Below, piece after piece: positions 37,765 to 46,539 of a DNA stretch of 64,000 nucleotides. The translations under genes and the position numbers were made by a program. Position 1 is the first letter of the stretch. Each line of letters opens with the position of its first letter. This DNA comes from an uncultured Clostridium sp. GTDB taxonomy: Bacteria; Bacillota; Clostridia; TANB77; CAG-508. Under the pieces are notes generated by a model, which was not told the origin of the DNA, searched no databases, and worked only from the letters and a program-made list of their open reading frames with translations. The stretch is taken from NCBI GenBank assembly GCA_947367845.1, contig CANBES010000005.1, positions 5,072-69,071 on the forward strand, given 5' to 3'.

Positions 37765-38647
37765 TTAAATTATTAATGCTTTAATATCTTTTGGAAGCCC
37801 ACAACTAAAACTTAAAAACTTTTTAGAAACAGGATGAACACACTCAATTTGGTAACTATGTAAGGCCTGGCGCGAAATCAATGAAGAAGCACATCCATAT
37901 AAAGTATCGCCAACAATTGGATGACCAATAGCTTTCATGTGAACTCTAATTTGATGTGTTCTACCTGTTTTTAATTTACAATCAACAAGGCTATAATTAT
38001 TCAATTCTCTAATAACATCATAATCAGTAATAGCAATTTGCCCAGCAGTTCTATTAACTTCTCTTTCTATAATACTTCCAGCTTTTCTTGCGATAGGAAA
38101 AGAAATTGTGCCAAACTTATTTTCCAAAATGCCGAGAAACAATACACAGATATTCTTTTTTGAAAATACCATTTTGCATTTGTCTAATAAACTCTTCATG
38201 AATATATTCACATTTAGCCAAAATAACAAGTCCAGAAGTATTTAAATCAAGCCTATTTACAGGCCTTATTTTCTTTTTTAAACCAATACTATCAAAATAA
38301 AACCTAATACCATTAGATAAAGAACTATCATAATGAAGTTGAGAAGGATGAATTGCAATTCCAGCAGGTTTATTTACAACAATAAACCACTCATCTTCAT
38401 AAATAATATCTAAATTCATTTTAGTAGGCACAATATTAGAATTATCTTCATCATAATCAAAATCCGCAATAATAATATCACCAGGGACTGTATTATTACG
38501 AGTATCTGTAACGATGTTGTTTTTTAATATTCTTCTATTTTTAATTAGTTTTGTATTTAGACGTGTTGAAAAATGAAATTCATTTGATAAAATTTCGTTT
38601 ATATTTTTATAATTATCATTTTCTTTTACAATATAAGTAAGCTTCAT
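37765..38647 (-). CDS. RluA-family 23S rRNA/tRNA pseudouridine synthase (RluD-like); continuous only after a +1 shift at CGG 38134-38132
   Basis: S4-like N-terminus, IIYEDEWFIVVNKPAG, RLDLNTSG (catalytic Asp) and HQIRVH. The two ORF-track pieces (38117-38782 and 37765-38229) join as ...EYLCIVS-GILENKFGTISFPIAR when the C of TCT CGG CAT is skipped. Confidence 0.8.
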
Positions 38648-38812
38648 AAAATTATTTCCTTCTAAAAGTATAATTATTTTCAAAATTATACAATAAAATT
38701 TATAAAAAGTAAAATCTACATAAAAAAACTTAAGTATAATTGACATAATGGAAAAGAAGTAGTATAATATGTTACATAACACCCAAGAATGGGATGAAAG
38801 GACAATATTAGT

Positions 38813-39574
38813 ATGACGATAAAATGGTTCAACAATGACGAATTCTATAAACGGGAAAACATTAAGAATGTCAAAAAGAATGCCTTGTATGCATTAGTAG
38901 ATGACATGGGAAATCAAATAACTGAAGCAAAGTATGAGTTTATAAATGATTTCCAGCCCAATGGTCTGGCAGTAGCAGGATTTAAGGGAAGACAAGGAAT
39001 TATTGACAGTGAGGGAAAAGAAGTAGCAAAATTTAAGTATTACTGGATTGACCCATTTGAGGAAAATGGAATTGCGAGAGTTGGAATTGGTACTAAATAC
39101 GGTTTGATTAATGAAAAAGGAGAAGAATTAACAAAAATCAAATATGATTACATATGGAAATTCAGGTTAAATGGATTGGCAAAATTCGAACTGAATGGAA
39201 AATATGGACTTCTCAACAAAAACGGTAAAGAAGTTGTTAAAGCTAAGTATGACAGTATAGGAGTTTTTCAGAGAAATGGACTCGCTATAGTTAAACTTAA
39301 AGGCAAGTATGGACTTATCAATGAAGAAGGTAAAGAAGTTGTTTCGCTTAAGTATGAAAGCATAGCTAATTTCCAAAGAAATGGTTTGGCAATAGTTAGA
39401 TTTGCTGGCAAATATGGTCTTATTGACCAAGAAGGAAATGAAGTTGTCGAACCTAAGTATGCTCTCATGCGTGAGTTTGACAGAGGATTAGCAAAAGTAG
39501 TTATCATTTCTGGGAAGTGTGGCTCTATTGACGAAAAGGGAAATGAAGTAGTCAAACCTGGCAATCAGTATTAA
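38813..39574 (+). CDS. WG-repeat (KWG-type) protein
   Basis: About 7 tandem repeats of NGLA.V...GKYGLI...GKEVV..KY. Contains the only non-shifting in-frame CGG (38852-38854). Confidence 0.75.
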   Translation: MTIKWFNNDEFYKRENIKNVKKNALYALVDDMGNQITEAKYEFINDFQPNGLAVAGFKGRQGIIDSEGKEVAKFKYYWIDPFEENGIARVGIGTKYGLINEKGEELTKIKYDYIWKFRLNGLAKFELNGKYGLLNKNGKEVVKAKYDSIGVFQRNGLAIVKLKGKYGLINEEGKEVVSLKYESIANFQRNGLAIVRFAGKYGLIDQEGNEVVEPKYALMREFDRGLAKVVIISGKCGSIDEKGNEVVKPGNQY

Positions 39575-39736
39575 ACTGAGATTTACTAACATTAATACTA
39601 ATAAAATAGGTTTCAATAATTTGAAGCCTATTTTTGCATTATATTATCTTGAATAATTAAAAAAATTTTGATAAAATAATAATTGGAAATAGAGAAAATG
39701 AAGTATTAACAAATAATTTAAGTAAAGGATAAGAAA

Positions 39737-40399
39737 ATGAGAATAAGATATAAAAAATGGGCAAGACCAGAACTAGAAGCAAGTAAATTTTATGAAGATG
39801 AACCAGAAAAATGGAAAGGAAAATGGAAAGAACACTTTAAAAATCAAAATCAGCCATTTATGCTAGAATTAGGCTGTGGAAAAGGACAATTCATATCAAA
39901 ATTAGCATTAGAAAATCAAAATATAAACTATCTAGCAATAGATTTAGTTGATGCAATGTTAGGATTGGCAAAAAGAAATATAGAAGAAGAATATCGAAAT
40001 GCAAAAAAAGAGCCAGAAAATGTAATGCTAACAAGATTTGATATAGAAAGAATAGGCTTAATATTAGACAAAGAAGACAAAGTAAAAAGAATATACATAA
40101 ATTTTTGCAACCCATGGCCAAGAGGAAAACATAGAAAGAAAAGACTAACACATACAAGACAACTAGAAAAATACAAAGAATTTCTAGCTGAAAATGGAGA
40201 AGTTTACTTCAAAACAGATGATGATGAATTGTTTAATGCTAGTTTAGAATATTTTGAAGAAACAGGGTTTGAAATTATAGAAAAAACATATGACTTGCAT
40301 AATGAGCCAATATTTGAAAAAAACATAGAAACAGAACATGAGAAGATGTTCACAGAACAAGGGATAAAGATAAAAGCATTAATTGCAATGCTAAAATAA
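39737..40399 (+). CDS. trmB: tRNA (guanine46-N7)-methyltransferase
   Basis: LELGCGKGQF SAM motif, FCNPWP and typical TrmB length. Confidence 0.9.
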   Translation: MRIRYKKWARPELEASKFYEDEPEKWKGKWKEHFKNQNQPFMLELGCGKGQFISKLALENQNINYLAIDLVDAMLGLAKRNIEEEYRNAKKEPENVMLTRFDIERIGLILDKEDKVKRIYINFCNPWPRGKHRKKRLTHTRQLEKYKEFLAENGEVYFKTDDDELFNASLEYFEETGFEIIEKTYDLHNEPIFEKNIETEHEKMFTEQGIKIKALIAMLK

Positions 40400-40420
40400 A
40401 AACAACAAAAAGGAGATAAT

Positions 40421-40933
40421 ATGGACATAGAAGAAGTTATTAAAAATAAAGATAATAAAGAAATTGTGTTAAAAGCAGTAAAAGAGAATGGAAAACTTTT
40501 AGATTTAGTATCTCCAGAATTACAAGATGATAAAGAAGTTGTGATTACTGCGTTAACACAAGATGCTGAGAGCCTAGAGTTTGCAAGCAAAAGATTAAAA
40601 GATGATAAAGAAATTATAGAGCTTGGGGTAAAAGGTGCGCCTTGGACTATTTGTTATGCTTCTGATAGATTAAGGGCTGATAGGGATGTTGTTTTTGAGA
40701 GTTGTAAAAATTATGGACAAGCTTTGTACTTTGCAAGTGAAGAGTTAAGAGCTGATAGAGATGTTGTAAAGGCAGCAGTGGAGAATAAAGGAATTATTAT
40801 TAAATATGCAAGTTCAGGGCTTCGTAATGATAAAGAGTTGGCTTTAATAGCTGTAAAGCAAAACAAACAAGCTTATCATTTTATTTCTCATGAATTGCAA
40901 CAAGATGAAGATATAAAAGCAGTAATGGGCTAA
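40421..40933 (+). CDS. DUF4116 repeat protein
   Basis: Repeats of A(V/L)..NG..L.(F/Y)AS..L(K/R).D(K/R)(E/D)(V/I)V, characteristic of DUF4116. Confidence 0.7.
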   Translation: MDIEEVIKNKDNKEIVLKAVKENGKLLDLVSPELQDDKEVVITALTQDAESLEFASKRLKDDKEIIELGVKGAPWTICYASDRLRADRDVVFESCKNYGQALYFASEELRADRDVVKAAVENKGIIIKYASSGLRNDKELALIAVKQNKQAYHFISHELQQDEDIKAVMG

Positions 40934-41036
40934 TAAATGAATTCAAAATTCAATAAAGTGCAAGTATTTATAAAAAAATACTTGTGCTTTTTACATTTTA
41001 CTTATATAATGTAGACGAATAAAAAAGGAGGTAAAA

Positions 41037-42038
41037 ATGCAATTTATAGAAAATATCAAACAAAGAGCAAAACAAGATATAAAAACAATAGTACTTCCAG
41101 AAGCAGATGACATAAGAGTATTAAAAGCAACTGAACAAGTAACAGCGCAAGAATATGCAAATGTAATATTAATAGGAAATAAAGAAGAAATAGTAAAAAA
41201 AGCAATAGAAAATAAAATTGATATTTCTAAAGCAGAAATTGTTGATCCTAACAATTCTGAAAAATATGATGAGTATGCAAACTTGTTATATGAATTAAGA
41301 AAAAACAAGGGAATGACAATCGAAAAAGCTAAAGAATTAGTAAAAGACCCAGTATATTATGGAATGCTTATGCTAAAAGATGAAAGCAGTAATGCAGATG
41401 GGCTAGTATCAGGGGCAGCACATTCAACATCAGACACATTAAGACCTGCACTTCAAATTTTAAAAACAGCACCAGGAACAAAATTAGTTTCAGCATTTTT
41501 TGTAATGGAAGTTCCAAATTGTGAATATGGAGAAAATGGAATATTTATATTTGGAGATAGTGGTTTAAACGAAAATCCAGATGACGAGCAATTATCTGAA
41601 ATTGCAATATCTTCTAGTAAAAGTTTTAAAAATTTAGTTAGAAAAGAACCAAAAGTTGCAATGCTTTCATATTCTACATATGGAAGTGCAAAATCAGAAT
41701 TAACAGAAAAAGTAATAAAAGCAACAAAAAAGGTAAAAGAAAAAGAACCAGAATTATTAGTTGACGGTGAATTGCAACTAGATGCAGCAATAGTTCCAGA
41801 AATTGCAAATATGAAAGCACCTAATAGCGAAATAAAAGGGGAAGCAAATGTACTAATATTTCCAGACCTAAACGCAGGTAACATTGGTTATAAATTAGTA
41901 CAAAGGCTAGCTAAAGCAGAAGCTTATGGACCACTTTGTCAAGGAATAGCAAAACCAGTAAATGATTTATCAAGAGGTTGTAGCAGCGAAGACATTGCAG
42001 GAGTTGTTGCAATAACAGCTGTACAAGCGCAAAATTGA
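41037..42038 (+). CDS. pta: phosphate acetyltransferase
   Basis: IVLPEADDIRVL...GLVSGAAHSTSDTLRPALQI...SRG are Pta signatures. Followed by ackA. Confidence 0.93.
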   Translation: MQFIENIKQRAKQDIKTIVLPEADDIRVLKATEQVTAQEYANVILIGNKEEIVKKAIENKIDISKAEIVDPNNSEKYDEYANLLYELRKNKGMTIEKAKELVKDPVYYGMLMLKDESSNADGLVSGAAHSTSDTLRPALQILKTAPGTKLVSAFFVMEVPNCEYGENGIFIFGDSGLNENPDDEQLSEIAISSSKSFKNLVRKEPKVAMLSYSTYGSAKSELTEKVIKATKKVKEKEPELLVDGELQLDAAIVPEIANMKAPNSEIKGEANVLIFPDLNAGNIGYKLVQRLAKAEAYGPLCQGIAKPVNDLSRGCSSEDIAGVVAITAVQAQN

Positions 42039-42067
42039 TGTATTTGGGGACGGAGCAAAAAAACATC
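42037..42067 (+). repeat. GGGGAC-core hairpin repeat, type C (overlaps the pta stop codon)
   Basis: GATGTATTTGGGGACGGAGCAAAAAAACATC. The TGA of pta is at 42036-42038. Confidence 0.9.
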
Positions 42068-42121
42068 GAAAGCTATTAAGTAAAGTCTAAATTAAATAAA
42101 AAAGAAAGGACTGAAATTTGT

Positions 42122-43312
42122 ATGAAGATTTTAGTTTTAAACTCAGGAAGCTCATCATTAAAATATCAAGTTATTGATATGGAAACAGAAGAAATGCTTG
42201 CAAAAGGATATTTTGAAAGAATAGGTCAACCAAATTCTTTTTTAACACACAAAGTAGATGGCGAAAAACGTAAATTTGAACACCAAGCCAAAAACCATGA
42301 ACAAGCAATAAAATTTGTTTTAAGCAGAATTGTTCACAAACAATATGGAGTTATAAAAAGTTTAGAAGAACTAAGCGGAATTGGACATAGAGTTGTACAT
42401 GGAGGAGAAAAATTCTCGGAATCAGTTTTAATAACAGATGAAGTTATAGAAGAAATAAAAAGATGTATAGATTTAGCACCACTACACAATCCTGCAGCAA
42501 TACTAGGAATTGAAGCCTGCAAAAAAATCGCACCAAATATGAAAATGGTAGCTATATTTGATACAGCATTTCATCAAACTCTACCAAAAGAAAGATATAT
42601 TTATCCAATACCATATGAATATTACGAAAAATATGGAATAAGAAAATACGGTTTCCACGGAACATCACACCAATATGTGGGGCAAAGAGTGGCTGAATTA
42701 ATGGGAAAAGACGAAAAAGATTTAAAAATTATCAGCTGCCATTTAGGTCAAGGAGCAAGCATATGTGCAATTCAAAACGGAAAATCTGTTGAAACAAGTA
42801 TGGGGTTAACTCCACTTGGCGGAATAGTTATGGGAACAAGAAGCGGTGATTTAGATCCTTCTGTTGAAACATATATTATGCAAAAAGAAAAATTATCAGC
42901 AGAACAAATGGAAAATAAGCTAAATAAAGAATCTGGTGCATATGGAATATCAACAATATCTGTTGATTTTAGAGATATTGAAGATGAAGCAAATGCAGGA
43001 GATGAAAAATCAAAATTAGCATTAGAAGTTTTCCACGACAGGGCGGCAAGCTTTATTACTAAATGTATGGTTGCGATGAATGGTGTCGATGTAATAGCAT
43101 TTACAGCAGGAGTTGGAGAAAAAGGACAAGATTCAAGACAAGATATTTGCGATAAATTAGCTTTTTTTGGAATTGAGTTAGATAAAGACATAAACCAAGA
43201 ATATAAAGGTGTTGAAGGAAAAATATCTACTCCAAATTCAAAAATAGAAGTTTATGTAGTACCTACAAATGAAGAGTTAATGATTGCGAGAGAAACAATG
43301 AAACATTTGTAA
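42122..43312 (+). CDS. ackA: acetate kinase (copy 1)
   Basis: MKILVLNSGSSSLKYQ, GHRVVHGG, FHGTSHQYV and VPTNEELMIA. Confidence 0.94.
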   Translation: MKILVLNSGSSSLKYQVIDMETEEMLAKGYFERIGQPNSFLTHKVDGEKRKFEHQAKNHEQAIKFVLSRIVHKQYGVIKSLEELSGIGHRVVHGGEKFSESVLITDEVIEEIKRCIDLAPLHNPAAILGIEACKKIAPNMKMVAIFDTAFHQTLPKERYIYPIPYEYYEKYGIRKYGFHGTSHQYVGQRVAELMGKDEKDLKIISCHLGQGASICAIQNGKSVETSMGLTPLGGIVMGTRSGDLDPSVETYIMQKEKLSAEQMENKLNKESGAYGISTISVDFRDIEDEANAGDEKSKLALEVFHDRAASFITKCMVAMNGVDVIAFTAGVGEKGQDSRQDICDKLAFFGIELDKDINQEYKGVEGKISTPNSKIEVYVVPTNEELMIARETMKHL

Positions 43313-43315
43313 ACT

Positions 43316-43346
43316 GATGTATTTGGGGACGGAGCAAAAAAACATC
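43316..43346 (+). repeat. GGGGAC-core hairpin repeat, type C (3 nt after the ackA-1 stop codon)
   Basis: GATGTATTTGGGGACGGAGCAAAAAAACATC, identical to the copy at 42037. Confidence 0.9.
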
Positions 43347-43414
43347 AAAAAAATTTTTTAGGACCGTTTTACAAAATGCATCTTAAAATAATAAAATTAG
43401 GAAGGAAAATAAAA

Positions 43415-44608
43415 ATGAAAATATTAGTTTTAAATTGTGGTAGTTCATCACTAAAATATCAATTAATCAATATGGAGACAGAAGAAGTTTTAGCTTCTGG
43501 AAAATATGAAAGAATAGGAGAAGCGGAAGCATTTATTACACATAAAGCATGTGGAAAAAAAGTTGAAATACAAAAACCAGCTTATGACCACAAAGAAGCA
43601 ATAGAATTCACACTAACACAATTCACAAACCCAGAATACAAAGTAATAGAAAGTTTAGACGAGATAGAAGCAATTGGACACAGAGCAGTTCATGGAGGAG
43701 AAACATTTAAGAATTCAGCAATAATTACAGATGAAGTTGTTGCAAAAATGGATGAATGCAAAGAATTTGCACCATTACATAATCCAGCAGGTATCTTAGG
43801 AATTGAAGCTTGTAAAAAAGTTATGCCAGGAAAACCAATGGTAGCGGTATTTGATACAACATTCCACCAAACAATGCCAAAAGCAAAATATATTTATCCA
43901 ATACCATATGAATATTACGAAAAATATGGAATAAGAAAATATGGATTTCATGGGACATCACATCAATATGTAGCACAAAGACTAGCAGAAATAGAAAACA
44001 AAAATGTTGAAGATTTAAAAATAGTAACTTGTCATTTAGGTCAAGGGTCTAGCATATGTGCAGTAGAATTTGGAAAATCAATTGACACAAGTATGGGGTT
44101 AACTCCACTTGGTGGAATTCCAATGGTAACTAGAAGTGGTGATATGGACCCATCAGTTTTAACATATATAATGAAAAAAGATGGAATTTCAGCACAAGAA
44201 ATGGAAGATATACTTAATAAAAAATCAGGAGTTTCAGGAATTTCAGGTCTAGCACCAGATTTTAGAGTAATAGAATCAGCTGCAAATGAAGGCAACGAAA
44301 GAGCAGAAATTGCTATGGAAAACTTTAAATATTCAGTTGCAGGATATATAGCTAAATATGCAGCTGCAATGAATGGAGTAGATTATATTATATTCACAGG
44401 TGGAGTAGGAGAAAATCAAATTAATATCAGAAAAGGAATTTGTGAAAAATTACAATTTATGGGAGTTGACTTAGATGTAGAAGCAAATAATATGAGGGGC
44501 GAAGAAAAAATGATTTCTAAATCTGATTCAAAAGTAAAAGTATTTGTTGTTCCTACAAACGAAGAATTAATGATTGCTAAAGAAACTAAAAGATTAATAG
44601 AAAAATAG
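43415..44608 (+). CDS. ackA: acetate kinase (copy 2, tandem paralogue)
   Basis: ATG 43415 after an AGGAAGG RBS. Carries the same signatures as copy 1. About two-thirds identical by eye. Confidence 0.92.
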   Translation: MKILVLNCGSSSLKYQLINMETEEVLASGKYERIGEAEAFITHKACGKKVEIQKPAYDHKEAIEFTLTQFTNPEYKVIESLDEIEAIGHRAVHGGETFKNSAIITDEVVAKMDECKEFAPLHNPAGILGIEACKKVMPGKPMVAVFDTTFHQTMPKAKYIYPIPYEYYEKYGIRKYGFHGTSHQYVAQRLAEIENKNVEDLKIVTCHLGQGSSICAVEFGKSIDTSMGLTPLGGIPMVTRSGDMDPSVLTYIMKKDGISAQEMEDILNKKSGVSGISGLAPDFRVIESAANEGNERAEIAMENFKYSVAGYIAKYAAAMNGVDYIIFTGGVGENQINIRKGICEKLQFMGVDLDVEANNMRGEEKMISKSDSKVKVFVVPTNEELMIAKETKRLIEK

Positions 44609-44655
44609 AAATATGCCATAGAACGACAAAAAATGCGGGAAATGTGACATATTAC

Positions 44656-44684
44656 TTGAAAAATATGTAAACATATGTTACAAT
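44656..44684 (+). promoter_or_regulatory. sigma-A-like promoter upstream of the 38-aa ORF
   Basis: TTGAAA - 17 nt - TACAAT with a TGT extension. Confidence 0.4.
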
Positions 44685-44776
44685 ATAAGTATGCTAAGCT
44701 AAAAGCAAAGCATATATGCTTCTCGACATGGGAACGCGTGACATAAAGAAAGTGCAGAATGCACGGGAGGTAAAGT

Positions 44777-44893
44777 ATGTCAAACAATATTTTCAAGGAA
44801 CAAGACAACAAGGAAAGAAAAACGAATAAAGTCAAGTTTGAATGTCGAAACGGCAAAATTCGTATCCTTTTCGAAAAGCCAAAAGAAAAGTAA
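44777..44893 (+). CDS. putative 38-aa basic micropeptide
   Basis: GGGAGG RBS 7 nt upstream. Sequence MSNNIFKEQDNKERKTNKVKFECRNGKIRILFEKPKEK. Has its own promoter-like element (44656-44684) and terminator (44907-44935). Confidence 0.4.
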   Translation: MSNNIFKEQDNKERKTNKVKFECRNGKIRILFEKPKEK

Positions 44894-44906
44894 AGTTTGT
44901 CAAACA

Positions 44907-44935
44907 AAACAGTTGCAAATAGCAACTGTTTTTTT
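44907..44935 (+). terminator. rho-independent terminator after the 38-aa ORF
   Basis: AAACAGTTGC AAATA GCAACTGTTT followed by a T-run. Confidence 0.8.
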
Positions 44936-45009
44936 GTAAAAAACACATTGACAATTAGAAAGTAATAATATAAAATAAGTACGATTAAAAATTAAAGGAG
45001 GAAAACACA

Positions 45010-45549
45010 ATGGAATTAAAAGGAAGTAAAACAGAGAAAAACTTAATGGAAGCATTTGCTGGTGAATCACAAGCAAGAAATAAATACACATACTTTGCAA
45101 GCAAAGCAAAAAAAGAAGGATATGAGCAAATAGCAGCAATATTCCAAGAAACAGCAGATAACGAAAAAGAACATGCAAAACTATGGTTCAAACTATTACA
45201 AGGCGGAGAAGTAAAATCAACAGCAGAAAACTTAGCAGCTGCAGCAGAAGGAGAAAACTACGAATGGACAGATATGTATGACAGAATGGCAAAAGAAGCA
45301 AAAGAAGAAGGATTTGACCACATTGCATACTTATTCGAAGCTGTTGGAAAAATAGAAAAAGAACACGAAGAAAGATATAAAAAACTATTAGCAAACGTAG
45401 AAGATGGACTAGTATTCAGCAGAGATGGAGACAGAATTTGGAAATGTAGAAACTGCGGACACATAGTAATAGGAAAATCAGCACCAGAAGTATGCCCAGT
45501 ATGTGCACACCCAAAATCATTCTTTGAAATCAAAGCAGAAAACTATTAA
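45010..45549 (+). CDS. rbr: rubrerythrin
   Basis: Ferritin-like [13 protein letters not shown]...EKEH pairs plus a C-terminal rubredoxin CRNCG...CPVC. Confidence 0.93.
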   Translation: MELKGSKTEKNLMEAFAGESQARNKYTYFASKAKKEGYEQIAAIFQETADNEKEHAKLWFKLLQGGEVKSTAENLAAAAEGENYEWTDMYDRMAKEAKEEGFDHIAYLFEAVGKIEKEHEERYKKLLANVEDGLVFSRDGDRIWKCRNCGHIVIGKSAPEVCPVCAHPKSFFEIKAENY

Positions 45550-45706
45550 TAACAAGCAATAAAAGTCATAAAGTTAATAGAAAAGCTTAATTTAAAAGAT
45601 AAATAGTAAAAAAGAAATTATATTTAAAATAAAAACTAATATAATTTCTTTTTTTTATAGAAAAACAGGAATTTATATGGTATAATTTTACAAGACGAAA
45701 AAAGAG

Positions 45707-45758
45707 ATGTGTCCCAAATTGGACAAAATGTCCAAAAGGAAACGTCCCCAAATGTCCC
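45707..45758 (-). repeat. GGGGAC-core repeat, type B
   Basis: ATGTGTCCCAAATTGGACAAAATGTCCAAAAGGAAACGTCCCCAAATGTCCC. Directly abuts the rsmE RBS. Confidence 0.88.
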
Positions 45759-45776
45759 AAAAGGAGAAAAATAGTT

Positions 45777-46530
45777 ATGCCAAAGTTTTTTGTAAAAGAA
45801 GAGCAAGTGGAAGATAGGAAAATAGAGATAATTGGACAAGATGTAAAACACATAAAAAATGTTTTAAGAAAATCAATAGGTGACGAAATAGTAATTTGTA
45901 ACGCAACAAATGGCAAAGATTATTTATGTGAGATAAGTGAATTTGAAGATAGCAAAATCAATTGTATTATAAAGGAAAAGCTAGAGACAAGTGTAGAAAC
46001 TAATATAAAAGTAACTATTATGCAAGGTTTGCCAAAGGCTGACAAAATGGAATTAATAATTCAAAAGTCAGTTGAGCTAGGTGTGTATGAAATAATACCG
46101 ATTGAGATGAAGAGATGTATAGTAAAGTTAAATGGTAAAGATGCAAATAAAAAAAATGAAAGGTGGCAAAAAATTTCTGAAGTAGCAGCCAAACAATGTG
46201 GAAGAAATATAATTCCACAAATAAAATCAGTAATAAATGTAAAAAATGTTTGTAATTTACTAAAAGAATATGATATAGTATTAGTAGCTTATGAAAATGA
46301 AAAAGAAACAACTATAAAGCAAGAGTTACAGAGAATAAAAACACAATACAAAGATGAAGAAATAAAAATTGCAATTATGATTGGTCCAGAAGGCGGAATT
46401 GCTGAAGAAGAAATAGAATTACTAACACGGAAATGGTGCCAAAACAATATCATTAGGAAAAAGAATTCTAAGAACAGAAACAGTAGCATTAAATGTTTTA
46501 AGTGTAATAATGTATGAACTAGAAAATTAG
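45777..46530 (+). CDS. rsmE: 16S rRNA (uracil1498-N3)-methyltransferase RsmE; C-terminus recovered only after a +1 shift at CGG 46428-46430
   Basis: MPKFFV... PUA-like N-terminus. After IGPEGGIAEEEIELLT the zero frame gives a nonsense tail. Skipping C46428 gives GNGAKTISLGKRILRTETVALNVLSVIMYELEN, the canonical RsmE C-terminus, to TAG 46528-46530. Confidence 0.82.
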
Positions 46531-46539
46531 GAGGAATAT

